Part shown: one piece after another, positions 11,792-32,949 of the stretch | Layout: each line of letters starts with the position of its first letter | How positions within the stretch are numbered: the stretch's first letter is position 1 | Source of the DNA: Dimorphilus gyrociliatus | Taxonomy: Eukaryota > Animalia > Annelida | Reading direction: 5' to 3' | NCBI GenBank assembly: GCA_904063045.1 | Contig: CAJFCJ010000001.1 | Span: forward strand, 2,418,001 to 2,482,000 | Length of the DNA stretch: 64,000 nucleotides | The notes under the pieces: generated by a model | The model's database searches: none | The model's input: only the letters and a program-made list of their open reading frames with translations | What the model was told of the DNA's origin: nothing | Position numbers and translations under genes: made by a program

Positions 11792-13190
11792 ATGCTGCTC
11801 TATCAACGGATTAGAGATAATACTGCGATCTTCTTTACAGTATTAAGCTCTCTATTAGTATTATGTCTAGGACAGGTTCGATAATTGATAAATATGCGAT
11901 TTTTAAATATATAAATAAATAATGATTGCTTTTAGTTGGACAAAAATGTTGAAGATGCTTTTAAAAGTGGTCATACAAATAATTGGGCTGTTTTAGTGGA
12001 TACATCCCGATTCTGGTTCAATTATCGTCATGTAGCTAATGTATTATCGATTTATAGAAGTGTAAAGCGTCTTGGTATACCTGACAGGTTTCATTTTTGT
12101 TCTTTTAATATTAATGAATAGCTATAAGAGAAAATCTATTTAAAAAGTCTATCTATTCATGTTTCTTTTTTTCCCAATACTTTAGCCAGATTATATTGAT
12201 GGTTGCAGACGACATGGCGTGTAATCCAAGGAATCCCAGAGCTGCAACAGTTTTTAACAATCAAAATGAGAATATAAACGTTTACGGTGACGACATCGAA
12301 GTAGATTACAGAGGTTATGAAGTAACGGTTGAAAACTTTATACGAGTTCTTACTGGTAGAGTTCCACCATCTACGCCTCGGTCTAAACGCCTATTAACTG
12401 ACGATAAAAGTAATATACTCATCTATATGACTGGTCACGGAGGCGATGGTTTCTTAAAGTTTCAAGATGCAGAAGAAATATCAAATATAGAATTGGCTGA
12501 TGCATTTGAGCAAATGTGGCAAAAGAAACGTTACAACGAGATATTTTACATCATAGAAACTTGCCAAGCCCAATCAATGTATCAGAAATTCTATTCACCA
12601 AATATATTTGCGATGGCATCGTCATTAGTTGGCGAAGATTCATTGTCTCATCATGTAGATCATTCAATTGGAGTTTACGTTATTGATAGGTAAAAGTTTG
12701 TTTAATATATAATATTTCATTTATTGATGAATTAAAGATAAAATTTAAATAGTATGAGCTTTTTTATTACTTTGTTTCTTTCCTCCCCCGCCAAAGGTTT
12801 TTGATAATTAAAATATTCATTTCTTTCCACAGATTTACCTACTACGCCTTAGAATTTTTAGAACGTATTAATCAGGGTAGTAAGAAAACACTGGCTGAAT
12901 TTGTTAAAGTTTGCCCTTTTTATAAATGTCAATCTACTACGAATATAAGAGAAGATTTATTTCAAAGACCAATTTCTAAAGTTTTAATAACTGATTTCTT
13001 TGGTAGTGTTCATAAAGTTAAAGCATTCGATAAAGTTAATGTTACAGTGGATGTGAGAAAAAAAGTTATTGATCACTGTCAAAAGGATCCGTCTTCGTCA
13101 TCCTGTAAGAAAGAAGAGTTGGATATCGATATTGAAGGAACTGATACAAGAAGACTGTTTTCATACGCTAAGCATTATCCATTTGTTTGA
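11792..13190 (+). CDS. PIGK: GPI-anchor transamidase catalytic subunit (Gpi8)
   Basis: Exons 11792-11875 (signal peptide), 11936-12087, 12186-12689, 12833-13190. [20 protein letters not shown], catalytic TGHGGDG and ETCQA. Confidence 0.97.
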
Positions 13191-14457
13191 AGTTTTCTCT
13201 TTTCTAATGTTATAATTGTTAATTTAATTTATATATACAAGTATATATTTACAGATATATTCCATCTCTTTTTCTACAAACAACTGTATCAATTTATTAT
13301 TGTATTTGTATATTATACAGTATATATTAGTATACCGTTTATTTTTAAATTTCATTCAATATTTGAATGAAAAAAACGCTAAGATAAATATAGCTCGAGA
13401 GGCGGAGGAGTCTGTGTATATTATATTACTAATATAAAAGGGTATAACAAATAGAATCTGGGTAATTTACATTCTTTTTCATTTTACAGAAAAATAAGTA
13501 AATTATTATTTTATATACCAATTGAATAAAGCTTTCTTTTTATCACTAGATGGAGTTATAATCTAAATTGTGTCAATACTTATCGTTTATCCTTCACACT
13601 ATACTATTCAATAATCCGCCTCTTATGTGTATCTTCACTTTGATTGTAATCGATTGTTAATAAAAGAAAGAAGAAACGTAACCGTCTAGACTTTTTCAGT
13701 TATTTTTTCATAAATATTAATAATGTATTCATTATATAACTAAAAAACAATCTTCTCTAGAATATACTGTACTGTATATGTTTAAAATACTAATATACAC
13801 ATAAAAAATTGTTCAATCTAGTTTTTTAATTAAAAATCTAACTAGGCCTATTTAAAAAATTATATATTTAATTTCCTTATTTATTCATAGATAATAATAA
13901 TAATAATAATAATTTATATTTATAGATAAATGTGCTTAAATATACATAAATAAAATATATTACACGCAAGCTATTTTAAATAATCGTTAAGAATTCCTGT
14001 ACTCTTTCTCATAAAATCACGAAAATCGAGATCTATTAAAAAGGGAATAATAAGAAAAAAGGATTTTTAAACATAGACGCCTAGTTGAAAAAAAAATTCT
14101 GTTTTTTAGTACAGTATACGTTAGATTTATAAAGGAAAGTAGATATTTCCTTATAGGATAAGAAGGCACGCTAAATGTCGTTTCAGTTAATTCAACATTC
14201 TCAGAATTGATTAGCTAACAGAGTTAATCGATAATTCATTCGCTATATTCTATAGACGAATTACCATCTTACACCCTACCCGCGATAATAATTAGAATAA
14301 GGAAGAGATTGCGCTTCCTATACAAATAGTGAGTTTACACATAATATGTAAAGAGTATATGCAAAATTTGTTTCTATATACACAACATACAAGTTATACA
14401 AATTTGTAAACAATATACAAACGTATATATTAGTATATGTCCTCATGCATATAAAAG

Positions 14458-14482
14458 ATATATATATATATATATATATATA
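14458..14482. repeat. (AT)n microsatellite
   Basis: Seen directly. Confidence 0.9.
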
Positions 14483-14952
14483 CTGTATTTATATTGATAA
14501 ATATCATAAATATGCCCTTAATGTTTGTTATTAAGGAAACAGTATATCTTTAGTATTAACACTTATTTTTTGCTGCTACGGCTTAATTGTGCAAGGTGGG
14601 AAATGTTAATATTTTTTACCTGGAAACGGGCAAAACATTTTTTATAGACCTATATTAGCTATCTTATTTAAGGTGAAAAAAAAGCAGGCAATGACTATTA
14701 GCTACAGTTTATTATTCATAGCGAATTTTAGCGTTAAAAGCTTAAATTTTTTATTATGCTAAAAGTTAAAAACATATCCGCTTAACCGGTTTCTTTATTG
14801 GAAAGACCTAAATATTTTTTGGTTTATAGTGTATTTGATAGGTTAATGAGGTTTATTTTATAAATAATAATTATAAGAAAGAGAAAGAGAAGGAGAAGAA
14901 AACGAAGCAGTTTTCACTGATATAGAGAACAAAGGCCGGATAAATATATAGT

Positions 14953-15000
14953 GAGAGGAAGAGAAAGAGCGAGAGAGAGAGGGGGGGGGGAAAGAGAGAG
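14953..15000. repeat. (GA)n polypurine tract with a poly-G run
   Basis: Seen directly. Confidence 0.8.
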
Positions 15001-16132
15001 TAATTGAAAATTATATATTCGAATCGTGCTTTACTAAGAAAAAATGTAAAAGGGATAAATGTCTTTTTATGCTATGCACGATTTCTCCAGATTTTATCAT
15101 ACGTATATGCCTATTATACCGGAAGGGATTATAGAGCATAAAACTAAAAGTTAACATATACTGGTATATATAATTTCTGCTTAGTCAAGAATATAACAAC
15201 TTGTTTTCATAAAAAATAAATAAATGAATAAATAAAAGGAAACGTCTGTTCGTTCGGCTAAAACTTACATTTCATTTGAAAAACCCTCGGGCCAACTTTG
15301 TCTTTTATATCAAATAGAAAAATGTATAACGGATTTCCTTCTTCTATTTATTTACTATATGCATCAATACTTAGATACGAATTAACTGTATATCTATAAA
15401 TACATATGTATTGTATTTAAAAGAAAAACATTAGTAAATACATACCACAGTTCGTTTCTCTCTCGGACTTAAAAGCAAACAATTTCAGAGTGGTTTAGTT
15501 AGTTTGCAAGGGGAAACACCTTCTTGTGCAGATATTAAGTCTACAGAGGTAATATTGTCTTTTGTACACATATACCATTATAAATATACCTTAATAGATA
15601 TAGCTTTAAAAATGCTACAAGACAAATTTTAGGCCTAACTATACAGGATTGTTTCTTCTATATGAGCGTTGATATTTAAACAAATGTACAAAATATTGTG
15701 TATAGTAGATATAGACGGTAAATTGTCTTTATTTAAAACGTGTACGACTTAGATGAGCGTAAACACGAAAACACCATAACACTGTAAGTAGCGTGCAGTG
15801 TTTTATATAAATTTGCATACCAGGTTAGGCTTATTTATAGAATATCTTAATTGTCTTATCAATATTTTAATTACTTTTAATTTTTTAAGAAAAAAGGAAA
15901 AACAGTAGAGCAGACTTATATCCAAAGCATTATTTAACATGCACCTACTCAGGTAACAATAGACGCTTGTCAACGAGCGCCTCTACGACGGAGGAGAAAG
16001 GTAGGGGAAAGAATATAAAAGGTTACATAGAGAAAACAGAAAAGAGGAGAAGAATAAAAAACCTACACCTGACGTCACCTGCTCTCGTCACTAGGCAACG
16101 CATAGAAAAACTAGCGACAAAAACCTGCAGCA

Positions 16133-17331
16133 ATGCCTCTCGTACTGCACGCTACCAACAACACGACTGCAAACTTTACGAACGATCGCAATATTGGAAA
16201 AGGCCTCACAATTCTACTTTTCGCAGTAGCCGCTACTTTGACAAATGTTATTGTTTTAATAGTTATTAGAAGTACCGCTGTTATAGGGAAAACAGTAGGC
16301 CTATTAATCAACTGCAGTGCTCTGGCAGATCTCCTCTTCGCCCTCATCTACGCGATTTTCGTTGCAGTTGCAGTTCTCTCCTCCGGCTGGCCGTATGGAG
16401 ACAGGGGTAAAGAGATATTTGGCGTTATTAACAGTGTCTTATGGACAATATCTATGTTTTGTGCTTCAATGCTGGCGTATGATCGTTATGTAGCACTAAC
16501 GTCATCTTTACACTATGAAGAATCGTATTTGGCGAAAAACGCGTCAAAAACTTTATACGGAGTATGTTCAATATCCCTAATATTCTGGTGCTTATCTCCT
16601 GCGTGGGCAAAATTCGACTACGATCCAAAGCAGGTAAGTTCTAACATTTTCTCCAACTTGTATCCTTTTAAATAATTAGCTGGGATAGCATGTCAGAAAT
16701 TGAAAAAAAAAAATTCCCACTTTTCCTACTCCTCCTCCTCCTCCTTCTCCTCTTCCTCCTCCTCTACCAATTTTGTTCCATCTTTTCACTTTAATAGGTC
16801 GATTGTATGGTAGTTTGGAGAAAAAATAAAATTTTCGGGTCAGTTTTGGCCACGTTTCTTGTTGGTCCGAATTTACTGGTCTTTCTATTCGCTGGAATTA
16901 AATCGACGCGCCTTTGGTTAATACACGATAAAACCTTAAAAGATGTTATTACGTTCAATACTTGGGCAAAATGTCTAAGGAAAGAGCAATCAACGTTCAA
17001 GGCAGCACTTGCTATAGCCGCCTCTTTTTATATTTTTTGGTTGCCTTGGGCCATCATGCAGATTATCCTAGCCGAAACTGATTGGCGTTCACCTGATCCA
17101 CTGGCCTTTCTTTTTACATGGTTGGGCCATATTAGGTCTACAATAAATTTGGCCTTATTAGTCTCTTTCAACGATTCTTTCCGAAAAGTGCTAAAACGAG
17201 TGCTGAAGAAAACTTTTACAAGGAAAGTTTATCCTGGGGCTTATCATGCTTATTATTTATCTACGACACACAGGAACAGCATTACTTTATCCAACACTAA
17301 TAATTTCACTTGCAGTACTATTCGCCTCTAG
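16133..17331 (+). CDS. Orphan class A (rhodopsin-like) GPCR
   Basis: Exons 16133-16633 and 16798-17331 join in phase 0. Seven hydrophobic segments, ALADLL (TM2), YDRYVAL (TM3), FWLPW (TM6) and N-terminal N-glycosylation sequons. Confidence 0.88.
16728..16764. repeat. (CCT)n tract in the GPCR intron
   Basis: Seen directly. Confidence 0.8.
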
Positions 17332-17681
17332 GAAAAAGTAAGAAAGCTGGAATTAGGCAATGGGATGGCAAATTTGGTTGAAAAAGGGGAAAAGTTAACA
17401 AATTTTGTGATGTCAAACATAATTATTATTTATAAAAGTTATAGTCTTAAGTCATCAATTACTTATATTCTTTTTGTATTGTTTTTTTTTATTTTATTAC
17501 CAAAATAGCTAAAACAAAAAAAAAACGATTTCAAAGAGAACACGTATGCAACGTACTTTTTTGCCTATATTTTCATATATACTGTACTGTATATGCATTT
17601 ATACATCTATTTTATTAACTAATTAATTTACCTTTTTATTTTTATACATTTATAAAATGAAGGAATTAGAAAAAAAAGTAA

Positions 17682-20453
<2,772 letters not shown>

Positions 20454-20764
20454 CTTTGGCTCTTAAGTCAGACAACCGGTTTATCGTTCAACAAAAGCGC
20501 GTCGAACCTGCGTTTTAAAATGGCCACCCTTTGCGCTATTTTCGTATAAATTTAAGGAATGTACTTAATATCTGTTTGATAGTAATTATTTGTATTTTAA
20601 AACAATAAAAAAAATTATCGGAAAATATTTTTCGTGATTTACGATTTAATACGTTATAAACCATAAAAACTATAAGGGCATATCGGATCGTTCATTGCGA
20701 TTCGATATTTTCGCATGTGTACCGGTAAATAAGTGAATATTTATCTCATTTAGAATTCAGCAAA

Positions 20765-24884
<4,120 letters not shown>

Positions 24885-25176
24885 AATTCTTTATCATTTC
24901 TTATGCATTTTTTTTTTTAAAAGTATGGTTAGTTTTCTTTCTTTGTACATAATAAACACTTAACGCAAGTTTTGATGATTGTAAGATCATAGACATGTAT
25001 GGAAATTATTTACGTAAGAATTGTAAACGAAAAATATTCAAATATTTTTCAAATGTTTGAATACTCTTGATTGTATAACGAAGAATATTATTCGAATTGG
25101 ATTGGAAGCTTTTGTTTAAGGCGTCTACTTCATTAAATATTCAATAGATAAAGTGATATAAAAAGCCTGTGCAAAG

Positions 25177-27843
25177 ATGAATAAAGAGATCAATAGCGAA
25201 TCAAATCATTCAAAAAACAGTTCGTTGAATTTGACGCCGTCTAAAGAGAATCTATTCTATGATATAGATAATAGAATAAACGCTCATAGAAAAGATTGTA
25301 TTACTAGAGTAACTAATATAGACAAGTCCAGCGAGGGAAATTGGTCGAAAGTTAATTTAATTTCAACGTGTGACGAATCTGTTTCATCAAGATTTCAATC
25401 ACAATTATTACGACACGCAGTGTCAGATTCAAGTCTCTTTAGTGATAAATTCAAAAAGGTCTTGATAGAATTTAAACAACGTTTTACATATCGAATATTT
25501 ATTAATATAACATTTAGAATCTATAAAATAGATTACAATTAGTATGGATAAGGACAATAAAAAAGACTATATGAAGAATTCAAGAGAAAAAGTAATGGAA
25601 TCTATATCAAACGAATCAATTATGTCTTATTTAAAGTACCGAAGGGGAATTAATCAAGTAGAAAATGGAAAATTTTCTTTAAAAACTTGCACTAGTATAA
25701 CAGATAAATCTGAAATTCTTGAAGATACTCAGATGATAAATTCTATTCATGATATTTCTAAAAATAAACCAAGTATAATAAACGAAAACCCAGTAAATTC
25801 TATAAGATTATCTCATCCAGAAAATCATACGAATGTTGACGTCACAAGTGGAGAAATGAGTAAGGGTACATAGCAAAAAAATGAAGAAAACTTTCCTATT
25901 CAAATATCTTTTAATTTAAGAGAGCATATCGAGAAAATACGACGATAACGATAAGAAACCTAGCTACCACAGTCCAAGAAATAACGACCTACAAGGTAGA
26001 TAAAGCACTTAATTAGCACCTTTCAAATCATTTATTATAAATCTCTAACAAAAATTTATTAATTATAGATAAAGAGATAAAATCTATCAAAGGTATCCAA
26101 AGCGAGCAATATACAGATTTGGCTATAAATATAATATCAAATATTGAATTATCAATAATTCATTCATTAAAAGAAAACCAAGATATTAATATAGTAAGAT
26201 AAAAAAAACAGTAAGAAAGACTGTTATTCAATTTTTTATATGTAAATAGTTTTTAATTTATTTTTTTTATTAAAAAAAAAGGATTATAGTCAAATAAATG
26301 ATGATTTAAAATTACTCTTAAGGGATAAGCATTATTCTATAGATAATATAGTATTAAAGTACGTATGAATAATTTATTAAGAAATCTATAAGTAATACTA
26401 TATTTAAAAAAAACAGAGAGTAAGTAAGATAGAGAGAGAGAGAGAGAGGTATTATCTTTTAATTTTTAACTTTTTTCCTCCCTTTTCCACCTTCAAGCAA
26501 ACAGAAAAAGGACTTTTCGTTAGAAAAAGATATCAATCGCCTATTAGAATTTCTAAATAAAGTTTTATTTTATAATTATTTCAATTAAATTAATTAATTA
26601 AGTAATTAATTAATTAAAAGGAAAGTTTACTAGTTTCGAAGAATTCGTCTATATTTAGTCTCGATAAGAATCCAAATGAATTAACCGATTTGACACTGTT
26701 AGATAATGGAGGTGATAGAAATCATTTAGTGAAATTATGGTTGAATGATTATAAAAATGCAACTGGCAGGGTAATTGAGGTGGAGAAAGCAAATTTTCTT
26801 GTTCCTAGATTGCCGATTATCTCGGCTAATGAGGTACCATTTTTTCTCCTTTTATTTCTCTAACAAAGAGAAAGCAAATGAGTTTCTTATTTAAGCTTTC
26901 AGGCGTTCAAGCTAATCTCAACGGTCTAAAATTTCCAATACCGAAACATTGTTTGTTTCAAGATGAGTATAGTACTACTTATCCTTGTTCTATTGATGGA
27001 AATACATTAGCAATTAAATTATATTCTTCTAATCGTCTTAACGTTGTTCATATAATAAAAGAAGCTAAACTAATGGAATATTACAGCAAGCTTAATATTA
27101 ATAATTTAGTACCAAAATTTAAAGGTCTTTTATTAATTGAAAATCAAGGGATTAATGAGAGAATTTGCCCTGTTGGTATTATATATCAAATTGTATCGGA
27201 TCCTTTAAAGTTTAATTGTATATATTTAACAAAAATATTATCATACGAGTTGGAAAAACGACAGAAAAATGATAAATTCCTCTACGATTGGGAATGGATA
27301 TTAATACTTATTCAGATTGGTCTAAAATTGGATAAAGTTCATAGATCATATATGATTTTAAACACAATTCATATAAATTCAATTGTATTCTTTTGGGATG
27401 ATAAATATGGATTTATTAATCCCCAGTTTATTAATTTAATAAACTGTCAATTTATTTCAACAGTAACAAGGTTAATAGTTTTATTATTAATATTAGGTTT
27501 TTATGTTTTTGTCTTCCTCTCTCTCTCTCTCTCTCTGTCTTTCTTTCTTTCTTATCTTGTAATATAAATAAAAAGGAATATATTGACATTTTATAGAAAC
27601 GGTAAGAACGATAAGAAGAATAGAATTAGTAGACATGGAGGAAGTTGCGCAACAGATGTTATCCTATTTGGGAATTTAATTAGGAAGGTTAACAATGATT
27701 TAAGTTTAAATTTGAATGGTATTTGTCAACATTGTCAGGAGAATACGCCTATTTCAATGTGGTGGTCGTTAAATCAGCTTCTATTAGGCTTATTCCAATG
27801 CTTATTAAAGAATTTATCAAAAAGAGGCGTAGAATTTTCGTAG
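25177..27843 (+). CDS. Uncharacterised protein: low-complexity N-terminus plus degenerate protein-kinase-like domain
   Basis: Phase-compatible GT-AG exons link ORFs at 25177, 25532 and several small exons to 26896-27470 and 27597-27843. The kinase-like part has TLAIKLY, KEAKLM and TDVILFGNLI. The 5' exon chain is less certain. Confidence 0.6.
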
Positions 27844-28591
27844 AATTAAAGAACATTTTCATTCTATTTCTTATTATTTAAGTAATGGCTTTCTTTTATT
27901 TATATTTATATTTAAACAATAAAAATGATAAAGGATAAACTTAATGAATTTTGAATTGCTTTAAAAAGTGAGTTAATGAGTTATTAATATAAATGTAAAA
28001 TATAGTATTTATATGAATAAAGGAACATCAAAGAAATAAAAAAAGAATGATGAAACTTTATATTTAGCATATTCTCAGGAATTCCGAGAAATTGCAAACG
28101 TTATTCTTTTACTATTCGACGAAATGGAACGGTCTGTAATTGATTTCGAAGTAACATTTCAGTATTGACCTTTTGAGAACATTTTCAGTGAAATGGTCGT
28201 CAACAGGATAAGTTTTGTTAAAAAATCTACGCAGTTTAATTAATATTTAAGAATGTTTTTCCATGTTTACGAGAATTAACAATTTATCAGCATTATGGTA
28301 AGATGAAATACGCGCCCTCTATGTTACAGTACTAAAAACGTGATATTTGTCTCGATTTTCAGTTGGCTCTTTAATTTCGGTAAAACCCAGTGAATTAATC
28401 TTTTATTAATCTCCCTATGCACTTTAAAAAATCAGGAAATATTATTCGTAAAAGTTATACTTTGATATTGTTGTTGCCATAAAGTACGTAAGTATTAATA
28501 TTAACCCTTAAAAATTATTATTTTTAACATTTTCACCACTGATATATTTATATTTCTTCCCCTTTGAAAAAAAAATACAGTAAAAGATAAG

Positions 28592-30124
28592 ATGACAAAC
28601 ATTGGATTAACTTTCCATAAAACGATTACTGGTCATCAGAAAGATGTCAATTGGGTTTCATTCTCTCCTGATGGACAACTAATAGCAACGGCTTCGGCTG
28701 ATAAGTCTATTAGATTATGGAAAGCAACCGACTTTACCGAAATCTCATCCTCACCATTGATTGCTCATACATTTGCTGTCAACTGGGTGGATTTTAGACG
28801 AGATAGGGATCAAATTGCGTCGTGTTCAACGGACGGAAGGGCTTTGCTGTGGGACACAAAAACGGGAAACCAGCTTCAAACAATTTCTAATGGCAATCAA
28901 AATTCACTCAGGGTTGGTCGTTTTTCGCCTGATAGTTCGGAACTAGCCATCGGTGCATCGGACGAATCGCTATCTATATGGAACATAGATAGAGGCAAGT
29001 TAGTCAGGCGATATAAAGGTCACGAAGCTACAGTTCTCGCTTTAGCATGGTCGCCAAGTGGTCTATTTCTTGTATCTGGCTCTGCAAACGGCGATTTAAG
29101 AGTATGGGATAGTAAATACGGACATTGTAAAGATTTAGCTTATATATTAGATGCTCACGATCTTGGTGTTACCTGCATTGAATTTTATAAAAAGACTGAT
29201 TGCCCAAACGTATACAAACTCGCCACTTGCGGAATGGACCATTTAGTTAAAATATGGCTGTTTTCAGCTGGACCACCTGGCACAACTGACGTTCATGTTT
29301 CGAATATAACAACATTCAAAGGTCATGAAGCCGCCGTCATGTGCGTAGCTTGGTCTCCTTCAGGAAAAATTTTAGCATCTGGGGGTGGAGACCATACTAT
29401 CCGTCTTTGGAGTGCGGATGATGGATATCAAATAATCAGTATTCTTGGACACTCTCGCTACGTTACCTGTATTTCTTTCAGCCCCGATGGTCAATTATTG
29501 GCTTCAGCATCCAATGATAGGGCAGTAAATATTTGGGGCGTAAACGGCAAAAAAGAAAAACTTGAGAAGCTGGAAGTAAGTAGTGTTAGCAAGTGGAGTG
29601 TACAAGATGTGCAAAGGTGGTTGGAAGAAAATCGTTTACACAATCACGTTAATGTGTTTGTTCAAGAACAGGTTTGCCAATTATACTCTACAATCTTCGC
29701 TTCTTTATTTACTTTCCTTTTTTTTGTATATATGCAATATTAGATTACGGGTGATCGTCTGTTAAGTATTAACGCTGCCACTTTAACGGAAAATCTGAAC
29801 ATATCTAGCTTGTCGGATAGAATGAAAATTCTCAGCCTACTATCTGACTTAAAGCGGTCAATACCCTATAGGCCAGATAAAGGGCAGAAGCCTAATGGTT
29901 TAAATATAGACGAGTTTCTACTATGCCCGATAACTATGCAACTCTTAAAAGATCCAGTGATTGCTTCTGACGGTTACACGTACGAGAGGGATGCTATACA
30001 GCAGTGGCTGTCAACTGGCCACAATCGCTCACCTGTTACTAATGAACAACTGGAAAATACCAAACTTATATCAAATAGAGTAATCAAAATTCTACTCGCA
30101 GAACATGTTTCTAATTGCAAGTAA
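28592..30124 (+). CDS. WDSUB1: WD repeat, SAM and U-box domain-containing protein 1
   Basis: Exons 28592-29671 and 29744-30124. WD40 repeats, SAM (WSVQDVQRWL..FVQEQITGDRLL) and U-box (EFLLCPITMQLLKDPVIASDGYTYER). Confidence 0.95.
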
Positions 30125-30528
30125 AGCGTTTTCCACCGAATTAATCACCTTTGGGAGCTACAGAATAAAGTGAATATGCCTTTATATTCTTCGCCATAGT
30201 GTCAACTGTTTTCTCTAAAACATAAACCTACTATTTATTACATAATCTGATCTACTAAATCTTTGCAATCTAATTCGAAATTATCGATTCCAATCTTTGA
30301 AAAATATCAACTGCGTTCTCTCCTATTTATATTACAGAAAGCAAAAAATTACAGTTTCTAAATATTTCAACTACTACTCTACCTGATTTCTGCACTGAAG
30401 AAAAAGCTCATTGTAACAAAAAACTGTTAATTTAAATATCTTTTAATAATGTAATATGTAATTTGTGTATGATATAGCATGTTTGATATGTCCTTTTATT
30501 TTAATAATATAATAATTGAATACAAATC

Positions 30529-32185
30529 TTATTTAATAGATTTTATATGATCTTCTGTAGGACTAGGACCTTTTCCAACCTGACAAATTATCAAATAAAC
30601 AGCATTTAACAAAAGAAAACAACTATCAATGACAATATTCTTACCTTTGTATAAATGCAATGTTGAATATCGTTTGCGTCGAATTTTCTCCAGTAATTAT
30701 TAATTTTCTCCATTAATAACTTAAAAATATCAAAATATACATCATTATCCTAATAGAAACGAGTCTACTTTATTTTTATTACCGAGTCTATATTTTCATT
30801 CAACTTAGGGATTTCGTTTCCTCTAAAGACTTCTGCACCAATTTGAAATGATTTGCATAAAAGAGACGTCACGAGCTGTGCATTTTCTTCTAAAAGATAA
30901 AGGCAAGCATTTGGACCAGCGTCAAAAGTGTATGCCACCTTTTTTTTTCATTTCAGTATAACATTAAATAAATAGATTAATGCAAAAAACATGAAATTAT
31001 ACCTTATTAGTTTGATGAAAGTCATTAATGGAATGAACAACATATTGAATAAATCGGGAAGTATCATTCATATAAGATATTGGTGGATATGTATCGAGAC
31101 AGATGGCGTGTAGTTGATTACTATCCTGAATATTTGGTAAGGATAAAAAATCAGGATATAATCGTCAAATATCAGGAGACAGAAATATCTTACTCTCATT
31201 GTTAATTCAGCAAACTCATCAAAATTTTTTTGTAAAATAGCTTTTTCCATTTTTCTCATCATATCTGGTACAATTTCTTTAGCTCTCAATTCTAAGAGGC
31301 GGCTTGTTTCGACACTTCGAGCCATTCCTCCAGTACTTGTCGTTGATTTATGACCAGCATTAACAACTATTATTAGAACTCGCATATCAGGCCAATGATT
31401 TTCATCTGCTATTTGGCGTGCTATAGAATCTTTACTATTCGTTCCTTTATCCCAAGCAACCCATCCTCCTAAAACACTACGACAAGCGCTTCCCGATCCC
31501 TGTCTGGCTATCTCAGAGAGATCTCCTTCAATTTCATAGAGATTAGCCAAAGCACTAACTGTTTTTTAAATTGGTTCAACAAGATATTTATAATTAAAAT
31601 GAGTGAGATGAAAATAAGCCTACCCAAGCAAGCAAATCCAGCAGCAGAGGAGGCTAATCCTGCAGCAGTAGGAAAGTTATTACAAGAGCGAATTTCAACG
31701 TTCCAACTAATGATTTCATTGGATGGATTTTTTTCTAAGGCCAACTTTTTTACTATAATAATTGAATATATAAATAAGTAAGTTTGATAGTATTTGAAAG
31801 TTCTTTGAATTATTGACTAACTTGTCTTTATTACATTCTGAATACGAGTCGAATTAATATCTTCTCTTTTGCCATTTAGCCACAAAGAACTTTCTTTAAA
31901 TTCCTTTGAACAAGCTACAGTTGTCTTTGCGCACATCTAATTTAAATTTCATCTATATTAATACTTATTACTTCAAGTTTTATCTATTAAGTTGGCTTTA
32001 CCACATCTTGATCAAGGGTAGCACTTAAAGAAGAATTTAATGGTAATATAAGCTTGTCATCTCTTTTCCCCCCTTAATGTTTAATAAAGTATATAATAAG
32101 ATATTATAGTTAATTCTTGTTCGATAGACTTACAATATTTAACAACAGCTATATTTACAGGAGCCGTAAACGTTACTGTTTTCAT
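30529..32185 (-). CDS. MVD: Diphosphomevalonate decarboxylase
   Basis: Multi-exon. [61 protein letters not shown] and [11 protein letters not shown]. Confidence 0.97.
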
Positions 32186-32949
32186 GCCGCTTGTTCTGTT
32201 TTTTATTCTTAACTAGACCAACATTTGTCGTCTGCTAAAACGGATATAGAAATGTAAATAATTTTCGTATACAGTATATACTGAATGATGTCTTTTATTA
32301 ATGTTTATTCAAGAAACTTTCAATATTATTAGAATTGAAAATTGACTAAGTGTCCAATAAAGATTATACTGTATGTGTTAATATACTGTATTTTATAAAA
32401 AAAAGAAGCTCTTAATTAAAGCCGTCTATATAACATTTAGGACAGTTTATTGAGAATAAAACTTCTTGTTTGTTATATTTAAATAATATTAGAGACAGGT
32501 AGCAAATGTAAGGAGTAAAGAATGCAAATAATGAGTGGAAATAGTTCTGATATATTACAATTGACTAAATTATTCAACGATGGAGTTCTTTTTTAGTAAC
32601 ACTTAATTTTTATGCTATAGAGTAGTTGAAACGTAAAATAGCATTTATTAATTATTTAAAGTAGTCAAATATATCAATTTTCTACTAGGAAAAAGAGGGA
32701 ACGTAGATTTTAAATAATCCCTGGATCAAGAAAGGGGAAAAAAACAAGTTAAGGCCTGGATAACCGTCTCAATCTTCGCAAGACATTTTCCAAGAAATTT
32801 CTAATCGTGTGGAGGGAAAAGGCAGATAAATTACCTTGTAGATGGCGCTATCTCTTGAATACAGTCATAAAGTCTTGTATGAAATCACAATTTAAGAAAG
32901 AAGAATGAGATAATACAAGAAATACAGGTGAATTATTAAGTTTAGAAGT

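Noticed and set aside
17100-17170. GPCR as a possible opsin
   Set aside because: The retinal-binding Lys position in TM7 is His by spacing from the conserved Asn.
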